Assembly: GCA_035537135.1 (NCBI GenBank)
Contig: DATLMT010000419.1
Coordinates: 1-29,976 of the forward strand
DNA length: 29,976 nt
From: Burkholderiaceae bacterium
GTDB taxonomy: Bacteria > Pseudomonadota > Gammaproteobacteria > Burkholderiales > Burkholderiaceae_F
Direction: 5' to 3'
Part shown: piece by piece, positions 18,868-26,155 of the stretch
How the letters are laid out: each line of letters opens with the position of its first letter
How positions within the stretch are numbered: the first letter of the stretch is position 1
Translations under genes and position numbers: made by a program
Notes under the pieces: generated by a model
Database searches by the model: none
The model's input: the letters and a program-made list of their open reading frames with translations, nothing else
What the model was told of the DNA's origin: nothing

Positions 18868-19110
18868 TTAACGCGCGGCGGTCTTGTTCTCAATCTCAGT
18901 CAACCTGCGCTCCAGCGCTTCTAGCTTGGCGCGAGTTTTCGCAAGCACTTTGGTCTGAGTATCAAACTCCTCGCGCGTGACAAGCTCGAGACGCGCGAAC
19001 TGCTGCGTTAACAGCGCCTTCACGTTCTTTTGCATGTCGGCGGCCGGCGTGTTGCGCATCAGCGCCGCCAGCCGATCCTGCAGCTCATCGAGAAACGAGA
19101 CCTTGTCCAT
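18868..19110 (-). CDS. ubiK: Ubiquinone biosynthesis accessory factor UbiK (BMFP/YqiC)
   Basis: 80 aa with KNVKALLTQQFARLELVTREEFDTQTKVLAKTRAKLEALERRL signature. Confidence 0.9.
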   Translation of the reverse strand: MDKVSFLDELQDRLAALMRNTPAADMQKNVKALLTQQFARLELVTREEFDTQTKVLAKTRAKLEALERRLTEIENKTAAR

Positions 19111-19147
19111 GACGCGAATTTAGCCTATCGCGATTGTTCGCGGGCGT

Positions 19148-19226
19148 TGCTCCGCAGTCGTGCGCGGGCGCACCGCCACCGTGCACGCAGTTCTTTTATC
19201 TCCGACATTTGCACCGCAATCGAACA
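19148..19226 (+). promoter_or_regulatory. NtrC-like enhancer sites
   Basis: TGCTCC-N5-CGTGCG (19148-19164), CGCACC-N5-CGTGCA (19169-19185) and half-site TGCACC (19210-19215), against consensus TGCACC-N5-GGTGCA. Confidence 0.65.
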
Positions 19227-19244
19227 TTTTGGCGCTGCAACAAT

Positions 19245-19259
19245 TGGCATACATGTTGC
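19245..19259 (+). promoter_or_regulatory. Sigma54 -24/-12 promoter of the TorF-glnK-amtB operon
   Basis: TGGCAT-ACATG-TTGC, with exact GG-N10-GC spacing. Confidence 0.85.
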
Positions 19260-19309
19260 GTAGAGCCCTCAAGTCTGTTTTTCCAATCACACTCGAGGGG
19301 ATTTAAAAC

Positions 19310-20110
19310 ATGAGAACAGCGCTGGTCGCTTGCGCTATTGCAATGGGCAGTATCGCGCCGTGTGTCTCGGCACAAACCGCAAAGCCGGAACCCGAATTCA
19401 CCATCAGTGGCAACGCGGGTCTTTTCAGCGACTACCGTTTCCGCGGCTTCACGCAAACCGACTACCGGCCGGCGTTCCAGGGCGGTTTCGACTTCGCGCA
19501 CAAGTCCGGCTTCTATCTGGGGAACTGGAATTCGAACGTCGAACAGCTGCTTTACAACGGTGCTTCGCTCGAGATGGATTTCTACGGCGGTTACAAGACC
19601 ACGTTTGGCGATTTTGGCATCGACGTAGGCGTGATCTATTACTACTACCCCGGCACCAACAAGTTCTCACCCGGCGTGGACGCCAAGAACTTCGAGGCGT
19701 ATATCGGCGGCTCGTACGGCCCGGCGTCGTTGAAGTATTTCTATTCGTTCACTGATTTTTTCGGGCTTAACTCGAACGACTTGGGTCTGCCGGGCAACAT
19801 CGATACAAAAGGCTCGCAATATCTCGATTTGACGGTGACGTTTCCGTTCGACGGCGGTTGGGCTGTGGTCGCGCATGCCGGCTGGCAGAAGATCAACAAC
19901 CTGAAGCAGTTCGGGCCGAACGTGTTCGGTGTCCAAGATGACAAGTACTACGATTACAAGCTGGGCGTCACCTACGACATTGGCGGCTCCGGCTGGATCG
20001 CGGGCGCTGCCGTGGTCGGCACGAGCAAGAAGAATCTGTTTACCGTCGGCGATGTTTCCGAAGGCGGCGGCAAGACTCGGGGTGTGATTTCATTGTCTAA
20101 AACGTTTTAG
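19310..20110 (+). CDS. TorF-family putative outer-membrane porin (TIGR02001-like)
   Basis: Signal peptide; GNAGLFSDYRFRGFTQT..PAFQGGFD, GFYLGNWNSNV and EMDFYGGYK motifs; C-terminal SKTF. Confidence 0.9.
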   Translation: MRTALVACAIAMGSIAPCVSAQTAKPEPEFTISGNAGLFSDYRFRGFTQTDYRPAFQGGFDFAHKSGFYLGNWNSNVEQLLYNGASLEMDFYGGYKTTFGDFGIDVGVIYYYYPGTNKFSPGVDAKNFEAYIGGSYGPASLKYFYSFTDFFGLNSNDLGLPGNIDTKGSQYLDLTVTFPFDGGWAVVAHAGWQKINNLKQFGPNVFGVQDDKYYDYKLGVTYDIGGSGWIAGAAVVGTSKKNLFTVGDVSEGGGKTRGVISLSKTF

Positions 20111-20458
<348 letters not shown>

Positions 20459-20474
20459 CCCGATGAGGATGACG

Positions 20475-22016
20475 ATGAAGAAACTGATGGTCATGCTCCT
20501 CGCTGCAGGAGTGTTCGCAGCTGCACTGTCGCCCGCAAGCGCGCAGTACGAAAATCCAAAGCCCGGTGAAGCGTCCAAGGCTGAGGTGGTGACACCCGCG
20601 CCGGCAAAAGTCGAAGCCGCGGCACCCGGCGCCGCGGTGGCACAAGCCCCTGCCACAGCACCGGCTGCTTCTGCGACCGACGCGCCGAAACCGCCCAACG
20701 TCAACAAGGCGGACACCGCGTTCATGTACGCGGCCACGATGATGGTCATCCTGATGACTATTCCCGGGCTGGCGTTGTTCTACGGCGGGCTGGTGCGATC
20801 GAAGAACATGCTGTCGGTGTTGATGCAGGTTTTCGTCACGTTCGCTTTGATTTCGATCCTGTGGATGATCTACGGGTACTCGCTTGCCTTCACCGGCGGC
20901 GGTCCGTTCATCGGCGGCCTGTCGAAGATGTTCTTGTCGGGTGTTACGCCCGAAGCCGGCGCGGCAACCTTTAGCAAAGACACCTACATACCGGAGTTGA
21001 TGTTCGTGGCGTTCCAGTGCACGTTCGCAGCGATCACGTGCGCGCTGATTGTCGGCGCGTATGCCGAGCGCATGAAGTTCTCCGCGGTGCTGCTATTCAT
21101 GGCACTGTGGTTCACGTTCAGCTACCTGCCGATGGCACACATGGTTTGGTACTGGGACGGCCCCGACGCGATCAAGGATGCGGCGACGCTGGCGACCGTC
21201 ACCGGATCAGCGGGATGGTTGTGGGCCAAAGGCGCGCTTGATTTTGCCGGCGGCACCGTCGTGCACATCAACGCCGGGATTGCGGGACTGGTTGCCGCGT
21301 ACGTGCTCGGCAGGCGCATCGGTTACGGACGCGAGTCGATGGCGCCGCACAATCTGACGCTGACGATGGTCGGGGCGGCCATGCTGTGGGTCGGCTGGTT
21401 CGGCTTCAATGCGGGGTCCAACCTGGAAGCCAACGGTGTGGCCGCGATGGCGTTCGTCAACACGCTGTTTGCAACCGCAGCGGCGGTGCTGACATGGACG
21501 TTTGCCGAGTGGATGATCAAGGGCAAACCGTCGATGCTGGGTGGCGCGTCAGGGGCGGTCGCGGGATTGGTGGCGATCACGCCCGCATGCGGATTCGTCG
21601 GCGTGATCGGCGGTGTCGTCATCGGTGCGGTGGCCGGCGCGGCCTGCTTCTGGGGCGTGACCAGCCTTAAGAAAATGCTCGGCGCAGACGATGCGCTCGA
21701 CGTGTTCGGAGTGCACGGCGTCGGCGGCATCACCGGTGCGTTGCTGACCGGTGTGTTCGCTTCACCTTCGCTCGGGGGCCTCGGAATCTGCAACTACGTC
21801 ACCAACAAGTGCGGTGACCCGGCAGACTTTCCGGGCATCGGTGCGCAGGTATGGATTCAGTTTCAGGCGGTGCTGACCGCGGTCGTGCTGTCGGCGATCG
21901 TATCGTTCGTCGCGCTGCTGATCGTCAAGATGATTATCGGTGTCAGAGTCAACGAGGAGGAGGAGCGCGAAGGCCTGGATACAACGTATCACGGCGAGTC
22001 TGCGTACAAGATGTAG
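20475..22016 (+). CDS. amtB: Ammonium transporter
   Basis: PGLALFYGGLVRSKN, DFAGGTVVH, WFGFNAGS and DDALDVFGVHGVGG motifs, with both pore histidines. The start may instead be 20463 or 20469. Confidence 0.96.
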   Translation: MKKLMVMLLAAGVFAAALSPASAQYENPKPGEASKAEVVTPAPAKVEAAAPGAAVAQAPATAPAASATDAPKPPNVNKADTAFMYAATMMVILMTIPGLALFYGGLVRSKNMLSVLMQVFVTFALISILWMIYGYSLAFTGGGPFIGGLSKMFLSGVTPEAGAATFSKDTYIPELMFVAFQCTFAAITCALIVGAYAERMKFSAVLLFMALWFTFSYLPMAHMVWYWDGPDAIKDAATLATVTGSAGWLWAKGALDFAGGTVVHINAGIAGLVAAYVLGRRIGYGRESMAPHNLTLTMVGAAMLWVGWFGFNAGSNLEANGVAAMAFVNTLFATAAAVLTWTFAEWMIKGKPSMLGGASGAVAGLVAITPACGFVGVIGGVVIGAVAGAACFWGVTSLKKMLGADDALDVFGVHGVGGITGALLTGVFASPSLGGLGICNYVTNKCGDPADFPGIGAQVWIQFQAVLTAVVLSAIVSFVALLIVKMIIGVRVNEEEEREGLDTTYHGESAYKM

Positions 22017-22018
22017 GC

Positions 22019-22046
22019 AACGCGTGCGGCCAACGCCGCGCGCGTT
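22019..22046 (+). other. 12-bp stem-loop immediately after the amtB stop
   Basis: AACGCGTGCGGC-CAAC-GCCGCGCGCGTT (one G-U pair), with only a weak U tract. Confidence 0.7.
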
Positions 22047-22049
22047 TCT

Positions 22050-22150
22050 GTAAGGTTGTGTCTCCCTAGCTCGCCGGGCCGTGTCGCGCGGCCCACGTAC
22101 CGAACGTACAGGCGGACTTTCAGGGCACCCATTGTGGTGCCCTTTTTTTG
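22050..22150 (+). ncRNA. Candidate structured sRNA in the amtB 3' region
   Basis: Unpaired GTTGTGTCTCCCTAG, then a predicted three-way junction (22071-22115), then an intrinsic terminator. No plausible ORF here. Confidence 0.35.
22122..22149 (+). terminator. Rho-independent terminator
   Basis: AGGGCACC-CATTGT-GGTGCCCT followed by a T run. Confidence 0.85.
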
Positions 22151-22223
22151 TTTGCAGGAAAGCCGTGCAGTGTCAGTTGACGCGTGAAGCTAAGATCGAT
22201 GCGGACGCAGAACGGGAGATGGG

Positions 22224-22889
22224 GTGAAGCGCAAATTGCTGCGCCGGTTCGCGCGGCGCCAGGATCTGGCGTTGACGACTGGCGAGTTCTCTTTGCTGCA
22301 GCGGCTGTCGACGCCGCAAAAGATCCAGTCGTTCCTAAACGCGATTCCCACCAATCACGAGCTGCGCGGCGAGACGATCCATTCCGTACGCTCCGTACTG
22401 AATCATCGATGCGCGCATTGCATCGAGGGCGCGATGCTCGCTGCGTGCGCGCTGTGGGTGCACGGGGAACCTCCGCTGGTGATGCATCTTGACTGCTCGC
22501 TCAGCGATTACCCGCACGTGCTGGCGCTATTTCGACGCGGATCTCACTGGGGCGCGATCTCAAAGACCAACGGTGCGGTGCTGCGCTATCGCGATCCGGT
22601 TTATCGCAGCCTGCGTGAGTTGACGCTGTCGTACTTTCACGAGTACACAGACCGTTCCGGCAGTAAGACTTTACGCAGCTATTCAGCCGCTTTCGACTTG
22701 CGTCGCATCGATTCCAAACTGTGGGTCACCAACGGCAACAATTGCCAGGAGATAGAGGATCTGCTGGCCGGGCTGCGCCACTATCCGCTGATCTCCGTCC
22801 GGCAGGAGCGATTGCTCGCGCGTCGAGATCCGTTCGAACGCAAGGCCTCGAAGTTGGTGGAGCATCCGCGGCCAGTTGTGACCGCTTAA
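22224..22889 (+). CDS. Uncharacterised transglutaminase/papain-like fold protein
   Basis: TPQKIQSFLNAIP, AHCIEGAMLAA (Cys66), HVLALF (His98) and WGAISKTN..LRYRDPVYRSLREL..SYFHEY motifs. RBS GGGAGA before the GTG start. Confidence 0.7.
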   Translation: MKRKLLRRFARRQDLALTTGEFSLLQRLSTPQKIQSFLNAIPTNHELRGETIHSVRSVLNHRCAHCIEGAMLAACALWVHGEPPLVMHLDCSLSDYPHVLALFRRGSHWGAISKTNGAVLRYRDPVYRSLRELTLSYFHEYTDRSGSKTLRSYSAAFDLRRIDSKLWVTNGNNCQEIEDLLAGLRHYPLISVRQERLLARRDPFERKASKLVEHPRPVVTA

Positions 22890-22995
22890 ATCGCTGGCGC
22901 GGCTGCGTCATCAACATGCCAAAGGTACGCGGTTGTCACTGCACGCCAGGTCACGCCAGTGCAATGTGCGAGTTACACTGGCCGACGTTTTTTGA

Positions 22996-24378
22996 GTGAG
23001 TGCAAAAGTGTTGGACCCTACCGTTCCTCACCCGGCCATCCCGCACCCCGACGTTCCGCACCTGATAACCGCGCAAACGGGGCCGCTTCTGCAATTGGAG
23101 CAGCGCATTTTGGAGTCGCTGCCGGCGATTGAGCGCTGGTTTCGGCTGCAGTGGCAGGACCACACGCCGCCGTTTTACGGGTCGGTCGATTTGCGCAACG
23201 CCGGCTTCAAGCTCGCGCCCGTTGATATGAATCTGTTTCCCGGCGGATTTAACAACCTTTCCGAGCAAATGCTGCCTGCGGCGGTACAGGCGGCGCAAAC
23301 CGCGATCGATCGTATGTGCCCCGACGCGCGCAATGTGTTGCTGATTCCGGAACGGCACACGCGCAACCAGTTTTATCTGACCAACGTCGCACGACTGGTG
23401 CGCATCCTGCGCCAAACTGGGCTCGAAGTTCGCCTGGGCTCGCTGGCAGAAGATGTGACACAGCCGACGCGCGTCGCTCTTGACGACGGTGATGAGCTGC
23501 TGCTTGAACCGCTGGTGCGCGACGGCGGCAGCCTTGGTGTCGAAGGCTTCCGTCCGTGCGCCATTCTGTTGAATAACGACCTGTCGTCTGGCATTCCGCC
23601 AATCCTGCGCGGGCTCGATGACCAGATCGTGATACCGCCGCTGCAGGCCGGGTGGGCGGTGCGCCGCAAGTCGAATCATTTTGCCGCGTACGACCAGATT
23701 GCCGACGAGTTTGCGCAGATGCTCGGCATTGACCCGTGGTTCATCAACCCGTACTTCGGGCGCTGCGGGGAAGTCAATTTCCATGAGCGCTCGGGCGAAG
23801 AATGTCTTGCGACCAATGTGGACTTCGTGCTGGAGCGAATGCGGGAAAAGTATCGCGAGCACGGCATTACCGATACGCCTTACGTGGTGGTGAAAGCCGA
23901 TGCCGGCACCTACGGTATGGGTGTCATGACGGTGCGCGATGCGTCCGAAGTGCGCCAACTCAACCGCAAGCAGCGCAACAAAATGGCGGTGATCAAAGAG
24001 GGCCTGGAAGTTACCGAAGTCATCATCCAGGAAGGAGTGCCGACGCGCGAAAACGTCGACGGCGCTGCGGCAGAGCCGGTCGTTTATATGATCGACCGTT
24101 ACGTGGTGGGCGGCTTTTATCGTGTGCATACAGAGCGCGGGCCCGATCAGAACCTGAATGCGCCTGGAATGCACTTCGTCCCGCTGGCGTTTTCCGACAG
24201 CTGCAATCTGCCGGACTGCAGTGCTCAGGCGGGCGACAGCGTGCCGAATCGGTTCTACTCGTACGGCGTGATCGCGCGCCTCGCGTTGCTGGCGGCCGCG
24301 ATCGAGCTCGAAAGCACGGCGTCGCGATTAGAAGTGCCCGCACCGTCGGCGGCACTCGCCGCCGCGATCGCGGGATAG
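22996..24378 (+). CDS. gshA: Glutamate--cysteine ligase (betaproteobacterial GshA type)
   Basis: IERWFRLQWQDHTPPFYGSVDLRNAGFKLAPVDMNLFPGGFNNL, VVKADAGTYGMG and NLNAPGMHF motifs. The true start may be slightly downstream. Confidence 0.93.
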   Translation: MSAKVLDPTVPHPAIPHPDVPHLITAQTGPLLQLEQRILESLPAIERWFRLQWQDHTPPFYGSVDLRNAGFKLAPVDMNLFPGGFNNLSEQMLPAAVQAAQTAIDRMCPDARNVLLIPERHTRNQFYLTNVARLVRILRQTGLEVRLGSLAEDVTQPTRVALDDGDELLLEPLVRDGGSLGVEGFRPCAILLNNDLSSGIPPILRGLDDQIVIPPLQAGWAVRRKSNHFAAYDQIADEFAQMLGIDPWFINPYFGRCGEVNFHERSGEECLATNVDFVLERMREKYREHGITDTPYVVVKADAGTYGMGVMTVRDASEVRQLNRKQRNKMAVIKEGLEVTEVIIQEGVPTRENVDGAAAEPVVYMIDRYVVGGFYRVHTERGPDQNLNAPGMHFVPLAFSDSCNLPDCSAQAGDSVPNRFYSYGVIARLALLAAAIELESTASRLEVPAPSAALAAAIAG

Positions 24379-24403
24379 TTCGCGATCTGAGCTCGCGCGT
24401 CGC

Positions 24404-25360
24404 ATGCCATTAACGTGGCTGTTCATCGTCGATCCATTCGACGACTTAAAGGAATACAAAGACTCGACTGTCGCGATGATGCGCGAGGCGGCGCGCCGCG
24501 GCCACGTCGTGCACGCCGGCACGCCCGCCGAGCTGTGGTTCGACAGTCACGACGGACTGGTGCGGATGCAATCGCATCAGCTCGAGATGACGCAGCAGGC
24601 CGCGCCCTGGTATGTCGATCTGGGGGTGCGCGATCATCCGCTGAATTTTTACGACGCGGTGTTGATGCGCAAGGATCCGCCGTTCGACGTTGAGTTTTTG
24701 AACGCGACTTTGTTGTTGTCACGGGCGGTGGCGCAGGGCGCCCACGTGATCAATGATCCGCAGGCCTTGCGCGATCACAACGAAAAGCTCGCGGTGCTGG
24801 AGTTCCCGCAGTATGCGGTGCCGACGCTGGTGACGCGGAGCATTCCTGGTATTCGAACCTTTTGGGCCGAGCACAGCGACATCATCGTCAAGCCGATTGA
24901 CGGCATGGGAGGTGCGGGTGTGTTTCGCCTGCAGCCGGGGGATCTGAATGCCGGCTCGATTCTGGAGGCTGTCACGCAGCACGGCGAGCGCACCGTGATG
25001 GCTCAGCAATTCATTCCGGAGATCAGCGAGGGCGACAAGCGCATTCTGGTAATTGGCGGCGAGCCGGTGCCGTATTGCCTCGCGCGCATTCCGGCGCCCG
25101 GTGAAACGCGCGGCAACCTGGCCGCCGGTGGCAACGGCAGAGCGCAGCCGCTGACTCAGCATGACGAGATGATCGCGCGCGGGGTTGGAAAAGCGCTGTT
25201 GCCGCGTGGATTGATGCTGCTCGGTCTGGACGTGATCGGTGATCACCTGACCGAAATCAACGTCACCAGCCCGACGTGCTTCGTTGAAATCGAAGGACAG
25301 GCGGGATTTAACGTGGCAGGGATGTTTATCGATGCGTTGGAGAAAGCGGTGGCTCGCTGA
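24404..25360 (+). CDS. gshB: Glutathione synthetase
   Basis: KDSTVAMMREA, VLMRKDPPFD, NEKL, KPIDGMGG, GDKRIL, RGNLAAGG and TEINVTSPT motifs. Confidence 0.96.
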   Translation: MPLTWLFIVDPFDDLKEYKDSTVAMMREAARRGHVVHAGTPAELWFDSHDGLVRMQSHQLEMTQQAAPWYVDLGVRDHPLNFYDAVLMRKDPPFDVEFLNATLLLSRAVAQGAHVINDPQALRDHNEKLAVLEFPQYAVPTLVTRSIPGIRTFWAEHSDIIVKPIDGMGGAGVFRLQPGDLNAGSILEAVTQHGERTVMAQQFIPEISEGDKRILVIGGEPVPYCLARIPAPGETRGNLAAGGNGRAQPLTQHDEMIARGVGKALLPRGLMLLGLDVIGDHLTEINVTSPTCFVEIEGQAGFNVAGMFIDALEKAVAR

Positions 25361-25370
25361 TGTTTTGCTG

Positions 25371-25385
25371 TGGCATTTGTACTGC
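25371..25385 (+). promoter_or_regulatory. Possible sigma54 promoter upstream of the PTS genes
   Basis: TGGCAT-TTGTA-CTGC with GG-N10-GC spacing; the -12 box has CTGC rather than TTGC. Confidence 0.4.
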
Positions 25386-25463
25386 GCGCGTACGCGCAGC
25401 CGCTCCGAAGGGAGCGCGCCTGACTACTCGTGACGAGTGCACGTGCGACCGCGCAGCGGTCGC
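25382..25463. other. Array of four perfect hairpins in the gshB-EIIA spacer
   Basis: CTGCGCG-CGTA-CGCGCAG (25382-25399), CGCTCC-GAAG-GGAGCG (25401-25416), ACTCG-TGA-CGAGT (25426-25438), GCGACCGC-GCA-GCGGTCGC (25445-25463). Confidence 0.7.
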
Positions 25464-25484
25464 GTACACGAGGAACGCCGCCTA

Positions 25485-25886
25485 ATGGTTGGAATCGTGG
25501 TCATTGCCCACTCCCCCTTAGCGAGTGCGCTGAGCCGATGTGCGGAGCATGTTTATACGTGCGAGCCGAACGCGCGGCGTCAATTGCGGGCGCTTGACGT
25601 TGATAGCGGTGCCGAGCTTGTGCAGACGGTCGCGCGCGCGCGCGAACTGGTACGCGAAGTTGATCGTGGCGAAGGGGTGCTGATACTGACCGACGCTTTC
25701 GGAGCCACGCCGGGCAATGTCGCCGCGCAGCTTGCGGAGTCGGAGCGCGTCACCGTGCTGGCAGGTGTCAATTTGCCGATGCTGTTGCGCGCCGTTTGCT
25801 ATCGCGGCGGCCCGCTCGAGGAAGTCGCGGAAAAGGCGCTTGCCGGCGGGCGGCAAGGAATGCTGCAGGTGGACGCGGCCAAATGA
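25485..25886 (+). CDS. PTS EIIA, mannose/fructose type
   Basis: MVGIVVIAH (phospho-His), GVLILTDAFGATPGNVA and LAGVNLPMLLRA motifs. Confidence 0.9.
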   Translation: MVGIVVIAHSPLASALSRCAEHVYTCEPNARRQLRALDVDSGAELVQTVARARELVREVDRGEGVLILTDAFGATPGNVAAQLAESERVTVLAGVNLPMLLRAVCYRGGPLEEVAEKALAGGRQGMLQVDAAK

Positions 25887-26155
25887 TCAGCAAAGACTTC
25901 GTGATCAAGAACAAGCTGGGCCTGCACGCACGCCCGTCGGCGCAATTGACCCAGATTGCGGGGCGCTACGAAAGCGAAGTCTTCATCGCAAAAAACGGGC
26001 GGCGCGTTAACGCGAAGTCGATCATGGGCGTGATGATGTTGGCCGCCGGGCCGGGGTCGACGGTGACCGTTGATGCCGAGGGGCCTGACGAGCAGCAGGC
26101 GCTCGACGCCGTTGGAGAGCTGATCTCGTCGGGCTTCGGCGAAGTGCATGGCTAA
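25883..26155 (+). CDS. ptsH: HPr phosphocarrier protein
   Basis: NKLGLHARPSA (His15) and VNAKSIMGVMMLAA (Ser46). ATGA overlap with EIIA. Confidence 0.95.
   Translation: MISKDFVIKNKLGLHARPSAQLTQIAGRYESEVFIAKNGRRVNAKSIMGVMMLAAGPGSTVTVDAEGPDEQQALDAVGELISSGFGEVHG

Noticed and set aside
22951-24174. 407-aa minus-strand ORF
   Set aside because: Antisense shadow of gshA with no recognisable domain.
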